Shown here one piece after another: positions 1 to 10,328 of a stretch of DNA of 64,000 nt (the stretch's first letter is position 1; every line of letters starts with the position of its first letter). The stretch comes from an uncultured Halieaceae bacterium. GTDB taxonomy: Bacteria > Pseudomonadota > Gammaproteobacteria > Pseudomonadales > Halieaceae. The translations under genes were made by a program, and so were the position numbers. The stretch lies in contig CAJXCR010000002.1 in assembly GCA_913051825.1 (NCBI GenBank), positions 2,144-66,143 on the forward strand. Reading direction: 5' to 3'. The notes below the pieces were generated by a model, which did not search any database, had not been told where the DNA came from, and saw nothing but the letters and a program-made list of their open reading frames with translations.

Positions 1-1353
1 AAACCAAGTATCGAGTACATCTTCATCTTGCTCTAGAACAGTTTTATCGCTAAGGTCGTTTTTTTCTCGTATTTCTGTTTCACTCTCTCCTACGTATATG
101 TTGCCATCCAAGTCATACCAAGCGGGTATGCGGTGTCCCCACCAAAGTTGTCTACTGATGCACCAATCCTGAATATCTCGCATCCAAGCAAAGTAGGTAT
201 TCTCCCATTTTTTTGGGACAAAATTTATTGTCCCGTTTTCCACAGCAGTTATTGCTGGTCCGGATAGTTTTTTAGCATCTACATACCACTGCATTGTAAG
301 GAAAGGCTCTAAAACGACACCTGATCGATCACCGCGCGGGATTTTTAGGCGATGCGATTGCTCTTTCTCTAGATAGCCCAGAGAATTAAGATATTTAATA
401 GTCTGTTTTCTAGCTTCAAAGCGATCAAGTGCTACAAAATCCTTAGGCACATTTTTGTTGAGTGTTCCATTTTTTTCGAGGATATTAATGATTTCTAGTC
501 CATGACGCTTTCCAATTTCATAGTCATTGAAATCATGTGCTGGTGTTATTTTTACGCAACCAGTACCGAATTCTGGATCCACGTATTCATCTGCAATAAT
601 TGGAATTTCTCTGTTGACTATTGGGACTCTCAAGGTCTCACCTATCAGATGAGAATGACGCAAGTCTTCCGGATGAACGGCAACCGCTGTGTCGCCTAAA
701 AGAGTTTCTGGTCTAGTTGTGGAGATAGATAGAAAACCGCTACCATTTACGAGAGGATAGGAGATTTGCCACAAGCTGCCGTCTTCTTCTTCTGTCACGA
801 CCTCAAGATCGGAGAGCGCAGTTTGGAGTTTGGGGTCCCAGTTGACTAGTCTGTGTCCACGATAAATCAGACCATCCTCATATAGCTGAATAAAAACATT
901 TTTAACAGCGGCTGACATGTCTTCATCCATGGTAAATCTTTCGCGACTCCAATCTAGAGAGGATCCAAGTCTTCGAAGTTGTTTAGTTATTTGATTTCCC
1001 GAAATAGATTTCCATTTCCAAACTTTCTCAATGAATTTCTCACGACCAATCTCTTCGCGGGAGAGATTCTCTGATTCTAATAATCTCTCCACAACCATTT
1101 GAGTGGCTATCCCAGCATGGTCTGTTCCAACTTGCCAAAGAGTATTAAATCCGTCCATTCTGTGATAACGGATTAAGGCGTCCATCAGCGCTTCTTGAAA
1201 GCCATGGCCCATGTGCAGGCTTCCAGTAACATTTGGTGGAGGTATCATAATGCTGTAGGGCTTCCCTTGGTTACTTGGATTGAAATAACCTTGGCGCTCC
1301 CATTCCTTATACCAATGGGTCTCTATATCACTAGGATTAAAAGTTTTATTCAT
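1..1353 (-). CDS. valS: valyl-tRNA synthetase, N-terminal 451 codons (3' end lies outside the window)
   Basis: Absent from the ORF track because it runs off the window edge. My minus-strand translation from ATG 1353..1351 gives [68 protein letters not shown] (class-I HIGH-type signature). The same frame at 60..1 gives [20 protein letters not shown]. Lies downstream of holC and pepA as in E. coli. Confidence 0.9.
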   Translation of the reverse strand, partial: MNKTFNPSDIETHWYKEWERQGYFNPSNQGKPYSIMIPPPNVTGSLHMGHGFQEALMDALIRYHRMDGFNTLWQVGTDHAGIATQMVVERLLESENLSREEIGREKFIEKVWKWKSISGNQITKQLRRLGSSLDWSRERFTMDEDMSAAVKNVFIQLYEDGLIYRGHRLVNWDPKLQTALSDLEVVTEEEDGSLWQISYPLVNGSGFLSISTTRPETLLGDTAVAVHPEDLRHSHLIGETLRVPIVNREIPIIADEYVDPEFGTGCVKITPAHDFNDYEIGKRHGLEIINILEKNGTLNKNVPKDFVALDRFEARKQTIKYLNSLGYLEKEQSHRLKIPRGDRSGVVLEPFLTMQWYVDAKKLSGPAITAVENGTINFVPKKWENTYFAWMRDIQDWCISRQLWWGHRIPAWYDLDGNIYVGESETEIREKNDLSDKTVLEQDEDVLDTWF

Positions 1354-1543
1354 GATTTTAAAATGTGCAGTTTCAAAATTTAAGCACTATCCTTACTTAT
1401 AATGCGTTTGAGGCCATCTATCACGCCTTTAAATTTGTGATGAGATTTAGTTGGTACAAGTGTGTCGAGTTTGATTTTATCGCTTACTGATGTATCTGAG
1501 CAATTATACCTGTTTTGTAACCTCCATAATCCGATTTTAGTAA

Positions 1544-1963
1544 TTAAATTTCATATTTATCTAAAGGATAACCGCGATCTTTGTAGTAAATCCAATTAGC
1601 TCTACCACGGGCTAAGTCTTCATCATTTGACTCAACAATCTCTATCAATCGTTCAAATCTGGGAAAAAATGCCGGAATGGATTTTTGTAGATTTATTAAT
1701 ACCCCAGAGTGTTCATGGGGCTCCTGATCACAACCAATTCCAATTATTTTTCCTTCCCGAGTGCCGGCAAACCCATGAGGTATAAACCGGTTTGCTTTAA
1801 AGCTCCACAGTTCTGCATCTATTTTCTTAGCTTCATTTTCATTGTCACTAGTAATAAAAATATGGTGGCCATTAAAATAAGCTTTTTCTACAATTCGCAA
1901 AAGTATACTTAATCGCGAGGTCGTCGCACTATTTCTAGAAATATAAAAGCTTATCCGAGTCAT
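1544..1963 (-). CDS. holC: DNA polymerase III chi subunit
   Basis: 139 aa. Chi-like pattern (ISFY..., AELW...FIPHG, C-terminal YKDRGY). ATGA overlap with the pepA stop (1960-1963). pepA-holC-valS order as in E. coli. Confidence 0.85.
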   Translation of the reverse strand: MTRISFYISRNSATTSRLSILLRIVEKAYFNGHHIFITSDNENEAKKIDAELWSFKANRFIPHGFAGTREGKIIGIGCDQEPHEHSGVLINLQKSIPAFFPRFERLIEIVESNDEDLARGRANWIYYKDRGYPLDKYEI

Positions 1964-3459
1964 TCCTTACCGGCTCGATCATTTAAAAATCGGTTGAGTA
2001 GGGCTACTGGACGACCAGTTGCTCCTTTAGGGGCGCTGGTCCAAGCAGTACCTGCTATGTCAAGATGAGCCCATCGATAATTTTTTGCAAATCGAGCCAA
2101 GAAACATGCAGCGGTGATGCTCCCGGCACCCCCCGCTCCAATATTGGCAATATCTGCAAAATTTGATTTTATCTGTTTCTGATATTCTTCCCATATTGGT
2201 AAGCGCCATGCCTTATCATTGCTATCAATTCCTGCAGAAAGTATTTGCTCAGCTAACTGATCATCATTTGAAAATAATCCCGTTGCGTGGTTTCCGAGAG
2301 CTACTACACAGGCTCCTGTTAGTGTAGCAATATCAATTACAGCGGCCGGTTTAAATCTTTCGGCATAAGAGAGCGCGTCACATAAAACGAGGCGGCCTTC
2401 TGCATCTGTATTCAAAATTTCAATAGTCATGCCTGACATGCTTGTTACAACGTCTCCAGGTTTGGTGGCATTACCGCTCGGCATGTTCTCTGCTGCTGCA
2501 ATTATTCCGACCACATTTATTGGGATATTATTTTTACAAACGCTATGCATGGTGCCCATGACGCTAGCTGCACCGCACATATCGAATTTCATTTCATCCA
2601 TTTTTCCGCCAGGTTTAAGGCTAATTCCGCCAGTATCAAAGGTAATGCCTTTTCCAATCAGAACAACTGGTGGGGTCGATTTTGAGGTGCCCGTATAGGA
2701 CATGACTATTAACTTTGCTTCTTCTGCGCTGCCGGCGGACACTGAGAGTAGTGCCCCCATGTTTAAATTAGTCATTTGACGTTCATTCAAGATGCGAGTA
2801 TTTAGGCGTGGGTGCGCCCGAGCGAGTTTTCTAGCCTCAGCTGCCAAATAACTTGGTGTGCATATATTTCCAGGAAGGTTAGCTAAGTTACGCGCTAAAA
2901 TAATGCCTTCACCAATAGCCTGGCCTTGTCTCAATCGTCTAACTTGAGATGTTAAAGTGGTTCTGGGAGAACTTTCTACAACTACTCTTTTTAATTTTAG
3001 ACTATCACGCTTTTTCGATAGGGTTTCATCATACACGTATTGATGCTTAGTTATCGTGGTGCTAAGTAATTCAAGTGACGATAGTAGATCTTTATATGGA
3101 ATGCTGAAGTCTATCCAGTTAATTATGACGTCCTTTGCAGCTGTTTTATTTAGAGCTAATGCTATGGCGCTGCAGATTTTGCCTATATCTTTTTGATCCA
3201 ACTTGCTTCTTTTTCCACATCCAATTAAAAGTAGTCGTCTTTGTTCCATCGTTGCACTAACTAGGGAAGTCGTCTCGCCTATTTTTCCCTTGAAATCCCC
3301 TAGTGAAAAATATCTCATCAGCAAGTTACGATTTTTCAAATCTAGTTTCTTTGCGAATTTACCAAGTTTTAAATCATCGAAAATTGGGAGTACTAGGCAG
3401 TCTGTTTTTGCTCTTTCTATGTCAGCTATAGTCTTGCTAGAAAACGTTATCTTTGTCAT
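1960..3459 (-). CDS. pepA: leucyl aminopeptidase (M17)
   Basis: 499 aa with the M17 signature NTDAEGRLVLCDAL and VLIGKGITFDTGGISLKP. Divergent from lptFG as in enterics. Confidence 0.95.
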   Translation of the reverse strand: MTKITFSSKTIADIERAKTDCLVLPIFDDLKLGKFAKKLDLKNRNLLMRYFSLGDFKGKIGETTSLVSATMEQRRLLLIGCGKRSKLDQKDIGKICSAIALALNKTAAKDVIINWIDFSIPYKDLLSSLELLSTTITKHQYVYDETLSKKRDSLKLKRVVVESSPRTTLTSQVRRLRQGQAIGEGIILARNLANLPGNICTPSYLAAEARKLARAHPRLNTRILNERQMTNLNMGALLSVSAGSAEEAKLIVMSYTGTSKSTPPVVLIGKGITFDTGGISLKPGGKMDEMKFDMCGAASVMGTMHSVCKNNIPINVVGIIAAAENMPSGNATKPGDVVTSMSGMTIEILNTDAEGRLVLCDALSYAERFKPAAVIDIATLTGACVVALGNHATGLFSNDDQLAEQILSAGIDSNDKAWRLPIWEEYQKQIKSNFADIANIGAGGAGSITAACFLARFAKNYRWAHLDIAGTAWTSAPKGATGRPVALLNRFLNDRAGKE

Positions 3460-3553
3460 GTGGCCTGCCTTTTATTTTAAATGTCTAGTGTATGATGAGA
3501 GTGAGAGAGACTACAATGTCAATTCTGACTCTGTTTTTGAGAATTAATATAGC

Positions 3554-4657
3554 ATGACAATATTGCGCTATTTATCACGAGATATAATTTTTCATACGAT
3601 AGCCGTTAGCTTAATTTTACTGCTGATCATATTTACCGGCAGGATGTCGAAATATCTAGCGGAGGCAGCGGTGGGAGAAATCCCTGGTGATATTCTCTTT
3701 CCTTTGATGTTTTTTAGGATTCCTGGGTTTATGGAATTAATCCTACCTCTTGGACTTTTTATTGGGATCTTAATGTCTTATGGACGTTTATATGTTAACA
3801 GTGAAATGGTCGTGCTTTTTGCTAGTGGAGTTGGAAATTCTCTACTTCTTTTTTACACACTGGTGCCGGCGGGACTTGTCGCCGTTCTTGTTTCTGTGCT
3901 GAGTTTAATAATTACACCGATTGGAGTCGAAAAAAGCCGCATGCTACTTGAAGATCCTAAATTAATTCGAGACGTAAATTCTTTGGTTTCAGGCAGGTTT
4001 CAAATAAAAGATCATTTAGGGTCAACTACTTATACAGAGTCTATTGATCAGGAAGGTGTAATGCATGGCATCTTTTTACTAGAAACTAATAGCGATCTTG
4101 AAAAACCCTCTATTACTGTAACGGTAGCGCAACGGGGTGAGTTGAAAAAAGATTCAGCGTCTTCTGGTAATCAGTATATGGAGCTTACAAATGGCGCGCG
4201 ATATAAAGGGATTCCTGGTGAATTAGCTTATGAAGTAATTGAATTTGATCGCTATGGCGAGCTTATGCGTCTCTCGCAAGATGGGATAAGGAAAGTTTCA
4301 GCGGTCGATTCTAAATCAACTGCAGCATTGTTTATATCTCAAGAGGCTGAAGATATTGCAGCGCTACAATGGAGAATCTCTCTTCCGCTGGCCACCTTGA
4401 TTCTAGCGCTTATTGCGCAATCAATGAGCCGGACTAATCCTCGAAAGGGGCGTTACATGACTATGCTTCCAGCTTTTTTAATTTATGTATTTTATATTCT
4501 AGCTTTAGGCGCGGTAAGAGGACGAATCGAGAACGATAAATTATTTTTTTCTGGTGAAATGTGGCTCGTCCATTTCATTTTTTTTCTAGTAGCAATTGGC
4601 TTGATATTTGGTTCAGACTATTGGACCTCGATAAGGTACCGCCTTGCTAAAAATTGA
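3554..4657 (+). CDS. lptF: LPS export ABC permease LptF
   Basis: 367 aa, polytopic. The N-terminus MTILRYLSRD... parallels E. coli LptF MIIIRYLVRE. Paired with lptG and divergent from pepA. Confidence 0.9.
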   Translation: MTILRYLSRDIIFHTIAVSLILLLIIFTGRMSKYLAEAAVGEIPGDILFPLMFFRIPGFMELILPLGLFIGILMSYGRLYVNSEMVVLFASGVGNSLLLFYTLVPAGLVAVLVSVLSLIITPIGVEKSRMLLEDPKLIRDVNSLVSGRFQIKDHLGSTTYTESIDQEGVMHGIFLLETNSDLEKPSITVTVAQRGELKKDSASSGNQYMELTNGARYKGIPGELAYEVIEFDRYGELMRLSQDGIRKVSAVDSKSTAALFISQEAEDIAALQWRISLPLATLILALIAQSMSRTNPRKGRYMTMLPAFLIYVFYILALGAVRGRIENDKLFFSGEMWLVHFIFFLVAIGLIFGSDYWTSIRYRLAKN

Positions 4658-5705
4658 ACGTTATATTGGGATATCTCTGGTTAAGTGTTTTTTCGCCGCG
4701 CTGGTGATAATAGTGGGGTTAGACGTGGTTGCCGCATTAATTGATGAAATGGGCAAAATTAGGGGTGACTATACTATTACCGAGGCATTTTTATATGTAT
4801 CTACAACATTGCCTGGCAGGATTTACGAATTTGTACCCTTCGCCGCATTGATTGGAAGTCTCATATCACTAGGTCAGTTTTCAAGTAGTTCGGAGCTAGT
4901 AGTCATGCGAGCCGCTGGACTGACTAAAGGGCAAGTAGTCTGGGCTGCCTTAAAACCGATCATTTTTATAGCTCTGTTATCAATGACTTTAGGTGAATCT
5001 TTGGCGCCAATTGCAGATGTAAGTGCTGAAAATCGACGTAACATGATGCTTAATAAAGCAGTAGATGATTTTGGTAGATATGGAGTTTGGAAGCGAGAAG
5101 GCAATACCTTTATACACTTCAATACGGTTAGTAGCTCAGGGGAAGCGACCGGTGTAACTCTGTTCAAGTTTGATGAAGAACAATCTTTAATATCTACTTT
5201 AAAGGCAGAGAAGGCGAGATTTGATAGTGAGCAATGGACATTGATTGATGTCAAGAAAACCGATTTTTTTAAGTGGGAAACCAAAGGTGTGTTTCTAGAT
5301 ACTTTAAGATGGAACACATCGATAACTCCTAGATATCTCCTTTCAGGGATAGTTGACCCTCATAAACTTAAAATAAGTGATTTGTATTACTATCTAAATT
5401 ATCTAACTAATCAAGGCCATAACTCTGCTTCATTTGAACTTGCCTTCTGGAGAAAGCTCTTTTTCCCACTATCTCTGCTAGGACTTGTATTTTTAGGCAT
5501 CTCCTTTGTATTTGGCCCGCTCAGAGAAGGCTCTATAGGTTTTAGGATATTTGTAGGAGTCATGATAGGTATAACTTTTAAGGTGAGTATGGATTTGCTG
5601 GGACCTTCCACCATAGTGTTCGGTTTTCCTCCAATGCTAGTTACAGTAGCTCCTATTCTAGGCTGCACACTCCTAGGAGGTGTTTTAATGTCAAGATTTA
5701 GTTAG
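4644..5705 (+). CDS. lptG: LPS export ABC permease LptG
   Basis: 353 aa. TTG start overlaps the lptF end by 14 nt. L-x-RYIG N-terminal motif, YjgP/YjgQ-type membrane protein. Confidence 0.9.
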   Translation: MLKIERYIGISLVKCFFAALVIIVGLDVVAALIDEMGKIRGDYTITEAFLYVSTTLPGRIYEFVPFAALIGSLISLGQFSSSSELVVMRAAGLTKGQVVWAALKPIIFIALLSMTLGESLAPIADVSAENRRNMMLNKAVDDFGRYGVWKREGNTFIHFNTVSSSGEATGVTLFKFDEEQSLISTLKAEKARFDSEQWTLIDVKKTDFFKWETKGVFLDTLRWNTSITPRYLLSGIVDPHKLKISDLYYYLNYLTNQGHNSASFELAFWRKLFFPLSLLGLVFLGISFVFGPLREGSIGFRIFVGVMIGITFKVSMDLLGPSTIVFGFPPMLVTVAPILGCTLLGGVLMSRFS

Positions 5706-6240
5706 AGCTTTTTCTTGAATCTGTTTTTGGAAGTAAAATTAATCGTGTTTTTGAAATGAGATCGTGCCAGGAGTGATTTTTAGCTTCAAGCAAAACCCAC
5801 AAATATCCTAATCCAAAAAATCCGGCAGAAATAACGGCGCCTACTAGCCGCATGCTGGCTTGTTTGAGAGAAATATTTTTTCCGTTAGTTGAAACGAGTT
5901 TTATGCGCCAAGCTTGCATTCCTAGTGTCTGTCCATTTTTAATCCAGAACCAAGAAAAAAAGAAAAAAATTGTTAATGCAATAATAAGTTGTCGGAGAAA
6001 AACAGGAATCTGCATGGCCAAATTTCCTTCGGAGTTGAGACCGCTTATCGCTGCACAGAAAAGAAGGGTTATAAGGCTGGTAGTCATTAATACTGGTATC
6101 AAGAGTATTGAGTCATAAATTATTGCCAGAAGGCAGCGAGAGAGGCTGGGGTAAGATGTTTTTTCTGAATCTTCTTTATCACACATTTTACTTATGCAGA
6201 ACTCGTCGATTTCAATTAGAGAAATTGGCAAAAGCGGCAT
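5698..6240 (-). CDS. RDD-family membrane protein
   Basis: Core WFWIKNGQTLGMQAWRIKLVS plus flanking TM helices is typical of RDD domains. The track start at 6324 overlaps the bolA leader, so I prefer internal ATG 6240 (6186 also possible). The 3' end overlaps lptG by 8 nt (convergent). Confidence 0.7.
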   Translation of the reverse strand: MPLLPISLIEIDEFCISKMCDKEDSEKTSYPSLSRCLLAIIYDSILLIPVLMTTSLITLLFCAAISGLNSEGNLAMQIPVFLRQLIIALTIFFFFSWFWIKNGQTLGMQAWRIKLVSTNGKNISLKQASMRLVGAVISAGFFGLGYLWVLLEAKNHSWHDLISKTRLILLPKTDSRKSSN

Positions 6241-6341
6241 TATAATCTTTAGAGATATTTGTGGAAGCAGGTTTTTCCGAAAATACACTAGACGTATTCG
6301 AATGTAGTATACTGAATTTCTCAATAATGCAGGACTTCGCT

Positions 6342-6671
6342 ATGGGGGCTAATTTGACTTATGAAAATCGAATCAATTCTATTTTAGAGGATGAATTTTT
6401 TCCAGATTATTTGGAAGTAGTCAATGAAAGTAGCCAGCATAATGTCCCTCCAAACTCTGAGACTCACTTCAAAGTTACCATAGTTTCTAGTGCTTTTAAG
6501 GATGTCAGAAGAGTGCCCAGGCATCAGTTAGTTTATAAGGCATTAGCTGAGCTACTGTCAGGGTCCGTACACGCTCTGGCTCTGCACACATACACTAGTG
6601 AAGAATGGATCAAGCGTGGAAATAACGTCCCGAGTTCTCCGCATTGCATGGGAGGAGGTGTTCAAAATTAG
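6342..6671 (+). CDS. bolA: BolA family transcriptional regulator / Fe-S related protein
   Basis: LEVVNESSQHNVPPNSETHFKVTIVSSAFKDV...RHQLVYKALAELLSGSVHALALHTYT aligns closely with E. coli BolA ([29 protein letters not shown]...VHALALHTYT). ATG 6342 has AGGA 8 nt upstream and gives 109 aa. The track start 6261 is probably too far upstream. Confidence 0.85.
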   Translation: MGANLTYENRINSILEDEFFPDYLEVVNESSQHNVPPNSETHFKVTIVSSAFKDVRRVPRHQLVYKALAELLSGSVHALALHTYTSEEWIKRGNNVPSSPHCMGGGVQN

Positions 6672-7507
6672 TAGCGGGCATTTTTTGGAAGCGTCGCCGT
6701 ACTTTCCCTAGATAAATTAATTCTCTTGTACACATATTTTTGTACCTCGCGATGGAAAATTTCTATTGGCACGAAGCTACTTATGCTTTCTTCATTTCCC
6801 TCTGATATGACTCCAGCAAGACCGAAGTTATTTTCGTCGATTTTGAGAGCCACCGCTCCCCCAGAATTTCCTTTAACCGCTTTGCAATCGGTCAGCCGAA
6901 TATCTATGACAATTGCCGTTACTGTGCACTCACTATAGTTTAGATCATACTGATTCTCAGAAGATTCTTTATATTTTGCGTAGCCAGCAATGAATACTGA
7001 GTCACCAATCGAAGTATCTGGTATTAGATATTCAAGTGGTTTCACTTTAGATCGCTTTACTTCTTTGTCTAATTTTAGAATTGCCCAGTCAGCATGCATG
7101 CCACCGCCACTTGACTGTCTATAAGCGACCCGGGAAATTATGTTTCCTTGAAGATCTTTGATTTCAAAACTAATTGGTCGACTTATATCAAAATAATTTT
7201 CAAAGCAGTGCCAGGCGGTCAAAATAAAATTTGATGAGGTGGCTGCTTTTTTGCTTATCAGGCTGGCGCTACAAGTTTCCCTGAAAGAGTACTGTTCGCC
7301 TTCCTCGAATTTAGTGCTCGGTATTGTTAGTCGTCCAACAGATTCAGTCCAAGAAGGTAGGGAGGTTAATTTGTCATTTAGGTTATTTGAGTATGTTTCA
7401 ATTGAGTAAAGAGCTAATAGTATGAAAAGAAAAATTGTGAAAGTATGATGTGGCTTCGATATTCTTTTTATCGATAGATTGGTAGGTGTTTTGAGAATAG
7501 CTTCCAC
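6668..7507 (-). CDS. secreted trypsin-like (S1 family) serine peptidase
   Basis: 279 aa, GTG start, N-terminal signal/anchor KRISKPHHTFTIFLFILLALYSI. Catalytic triad contexts are LTAWHCF (His), ADWAILKL (Asp) and KGNSGGAV (Ser). Confidence 0.75.
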   Translation of the reverse strand: MEAILKTPTNLSIKRISKPHHTFTIFLFILLALYSIETYSNNLNDKLTSLPSWTESVGRLTIPSTKFEEGEQYSFRETCSASLISKKAATSSNFILTAWHCFENYFDISRPISFEIKDLQGNIISRVAYRQSSGGGMHADWAILKLDKEVKRSKVKPLEYLIPDTSIGDSVFIAGYAKYKESSENQYDLNYSECTVTAIVIDIRLTDCKAVKGNSGGAVALKIDENNFGLAGVISEGNEESISSFVPIEIFHREVQKYVYKRINLSRESTATLPKNARY

Positions 7508-7602
7508 AATTGTTAACCTAAGGTTTGGTCACAGAAATATAAGATACAGCTTTTTTAGTAAACAAGCTTGCCGAGTATGTAGAGAAGTTAAGGAGAATAT
7601 TA

Positions 7603-8466
7603 ATGAATTATGGTCGCGAACGAATCGTTCTCGTCACCGGAGCAAGTCGAGGTGCCGGACGAGGCATTTCAATAGCGCTTGGTGCAACAGGCGCGACGGT
7701 ATATCTAACCGGTCGTCCAGAGGCTGATAGCAACAGTAATCTCGCGGGAACTTTGTTGGAAACAGCTCAGCTAGTGACCAATGCTGGAGGTGAAGGTATT
7801 CCTCTTTATTGCGATCACTCTAGCGATGAACAAACTCAGTCAGCTCTAAGCGAGATACAAAAAGAACATGGTAGGCTAGATATATTGGTTAATAATGCTA
7901 CTGATATTGATGATGCAATTACTGATAGTGGCCCGTTTTGGGAAAAACCAATTTCTCTTTGTAATCTTTTGGATGTAGGTCTGCGTTCACACTATCTTAC
8001 TACTTGGCATGCAGCACCTTTGTTAATTACTGATGGAGGAGGTCTCGTGGTTAATACATCTTCCTTTGGCGGGCGTATTTATATGCATGGACCGGCCTAT
8101 GGTGCGGGTAAGGCTGGTGTAGACAAAATGGCTCATGACATGGCGGTGGACTTCAAACCGTTTGAGGTCGCGGTGATTTCCTTATGGATGGGGCTTCTTT
8201 TAACAGAAAGAACTAAGCGGGTTTTGGAGAGCGATCAAGATAGTTATCAAAATCTACTTGATTCAGCTGAGACACCAGAGTTTACGGGGCGCATTATTAA
8301 TGCGTTAGCGGATGATAAAGATTTGCATAAATTGTCTGGAAAAGTGTTAATTGGTGCAGAATTAGCAAGACAATATTCAATTGTTGATATCAATGGAAGA
8401 ATACCACCAAGTCATCGAGCTATATTTGGGAATCCGACAGAATTTGGAGACACAATTGTCCAATAA
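7603..8466 (+). CDS. short-chain dehydrogenase/reductase (SDR) family oxidoreductase
   Basis: 287 aa. Rossmann motif VLVTGASRGAGRGI, NNA motif, catalytic YGAGK. AAGGAG Shine-Dalgarno upstream of the ATG. Confidence 0.85.
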   Translation: MNYGRERIVLVTGASRGAGRGISIALGATGATVYLTGRPEADSNSNLAGTLLETAQLVTNAGGEGIPLYCDHSSDEQTQSALSEIQKEHGRLDILVNNATDIDDAITDSGPFWEKPISLCNLLDVGLRSHYLTTWHAAPLLITDGGGLVVNTSSFGGRIYMHGPAYGAGKAGVDKMAHDMAVDFKPFEVAVISLWMGLLLTERTKRVLESDQDSYQNLLDSAETPEFTGRIINALADDKDLHKLSGKVLIGAELARQYSIVDINGRIPPSHRAIFGNPTEFGDTIVQ

Positions 8467-8499
8467 CGTAGATTAATTGCGAATCGAGATAGGGATAAA

Positions 8500-9336
8500 A
8501 TGAAGAAATGGAATGGAAGTCTTCCCGAAGGGAATTATGTAACTTGCGCTAATGGATGCCGGATTCATTATCTAGACGAGGGTTGCGGAGATGTAGTTAT
8601 TTTTCTGCATGGTTCTGGTCCGGGCGCTAGTGGCTATAGCAATTTTAAGAAAAACTTCCCGGCGTTCGTAGAGGCAGGGTATAGATGTTTGGTAATTGAT
8701 CTAATTGGGTACGGGTTTTCTGACAAACCAGAGAATTTAGATTACACGTTGAAATTCTTTGTAGAATGCGTGATCCAGGTTTTGGATGAAATTGAGATCG
8801 ATCGTTTCTCCGTAATTGGTAATTCTTTAGGAGGTGCCATAGCGCTTGGTTTGGCTTTAGATTTTCCTGATCGAGTAGATAAGCTAATTCTGATGGCGCC
8901 TGGTGGGCTTAGTGAGTTGAGTGAATATCAGGCCATGGAAGGAATGCAAAAAATGTTCAAGGTTTTTGGGAGCAGTGAGAGTTTAACGCCTGATATTATG
9001 CGTGATCTTTTCGCTACCAGCTTGATGTTCGATCCCAAACATGCAACCGATGATTTGGTGGAAGAACGGATGCAAATTATGAATCTCATGAACTCCCGAG
9101 TTATCTCGACAATGAGCGTGCCTGTATTGACCTCTAGACTAAAAGAAATACACCATGAGACCCTTGTTTTTTGGGGCGCCGATGAAAGGATGATGCCTGA
9201 AGGCGGAACAGCATCCTTGATTAAGAATATGGCCAACTTGCGGCTGATGATCGTGAGCAAATGTGGGCACTGGGTTATGACCGAACATAGAGACATGTTT
9301 AATAGAACTAGTTTAGATTTTATTAAGTTTGGGTAG
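8500..9336 (+). CDS. alpha/beta hydrolase, meta-cleavage-product (C-C bond) hydrolase-like
   Basis: 278 aa. FLHGSGPGASGYSNF, nucleophile elbow GNSLGG and C-terminal CGHWVMTEH resemble the BphD/MhpC/HsaD family. Confidence 0.75.
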   Translation: MKKWNGSLPEGNYVTCANGCRIHYLDEGCGDVVIFLHGSGPGASGYSNFKKNFPAFVEAGYRCLVIDLIGYGFSDKPENLDYTLKFFVECVIQVLDEIEIDRFSVIGNSLGGAIALGLALDFPDRVDKLILMAPGGLSELSEYQAMEGMQKMFKVFGSSESLTPDIMRDLFATSLMFDPKHATDDLVEERMQIMNLMNSRVISTMSVPVLTSRLKEIHHETLVFWGADERMMPEGGTASLIKNMANLRLMIVSKCGHWVMTEHRDMFNRTSLDFIKFG

Positions 9337-9387
9337 CTATTTGAGACTTTTCCTAATCTAAGCGTGATCTAATTTGGCTTGGTATTT

Positions 9388-10158
9388 TTAAGAGTTAGAG
9401 GCGCTTAAATACGCTGGTTTTTCACCACCTCCGTGCACTTCTATACTTGCGCCGTTTATATAAGCCGCCAGACTTGAGGCAAGGAAAACGCAAGTATTTC
9501 CAACATCTTTCGGAGTGGCCAGGCGCTTCATTGGTATAGTCTTGCTTATTGCTTCGACGCCCTTAGCATCTCCATAGTGGATGTGTGATTGTTCGGTCTC
9601 GGTGAGTCCAGCTATAATTGCGTTAACTCGAACTTTTGGTGCCCATTCAACAGCTAGAGAGCCTGTAAGGTTTACTAGACCAGCCTTTGCGGCGCCGTAT
9701 GCGGCTGTGCCTGGTGAAGGTCTTAGTGTACTTACGCTAGCTATATTAATTATAGTCCCCCCGTTTTCTTGATCTTGCATTATTTGATTGGCTGCTTGAC
9801 TAGTATTTATCGGTGCAATTAGATTTAGTTTAATTATGGCTTCTGAAAAACGTGGTGACGCGGTCGCGGCTTCGGCGATTGGCGATCCTCCAGCGTTATT
9901 TACTAGAACGTCAAGCTTGCCATATTCCTTTACAACTTCTGCTATACAAGTATTTATTTGTTCGACCTCTCGCACGTCACAGTTTATAAATCGCGCTTTT
10001 CTGCCATCTATTTCTGGTAATGTTTCGGGTATTGATCTTCCGCATATGACCACATCAGAATTGCTAGATAAAAATGCTTTGCTAATTCCTTTACCTATTC
10101 CTCGCGAGCCTCCAGTAACTAAAACCACTTTGTCATTCAGAGTAATTTGGTCTTGCAT
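9388..10158 (-). CDS. SDR family oxidoreductase (FabG-like)
   Basis: 256 aa. VLVTGGSRGIGKGI, NNAG and YGAAK motifs. Confidence 0.85.
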   Translation of the reverse strand: MQDQITLNDKVVLVTGGSRGIGKGISKAFLSSNSDVVICGRSIPETLPEIDGRKARFINCDVREVEQINTCIAEVVKEYGKLDVLVNNAGGSPIAEAATASPRFSEAIIKLNLIAPINTSQAANQIMQDQENGGTIINIASVSTLRPSPGTAAYGAAKAGLVNLTGSLAVEWAPKVRVNAIIAGLTETEQSHIHYGDAKGVEAISKTIPMKRLATPKDVGNTCVFLASSLAAYINGASIEVHGGGEKPAYLSASNS

Positions 10159-10328
10159 CGATATTTCTCCAGAAAGTTTTTCAGCTTCGGCTTGTATGCG
10201 ATCGTGCTCTAACCTAGTATTTAGCAGATCACAATCCTATCTTAATAATTAGTGATGGGACACTCTGTGTTGAAAACTAGCAAGGAAAAAGTTCAAGTAT
10301 AAAAATCGATTTATTTAAGGAATACGCT

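Noticed and set aside
502-1383. Track ORFs 502..699 (+) and 1195..1383 (+)
   Set aside because: Both lie antisense to the uninterrupted valS reading frame, which has strong class-I synthetase motifs. Their sequences are low-complexity or Cys/Trp-rich and they have no Shine-Dalgarno.
1354-1543. 190-nt holC-valS spacer as a possible small RNA or leader peptide
   Set aside because: It holds only trivial ORFs of about 7 codons on the minus strand. I saw no stable hairpins or conserved RNA motifs, and it is probably just the valS promoter region.
6241-6341. Long N-terminal extensions of the RDD gene (to 6324) and bolA (from 6261) that overlap each other
   Set aside because: Mutually overlapping divergent 5' extensions with no homology support. 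Internal ATGs give family-typical lengths.
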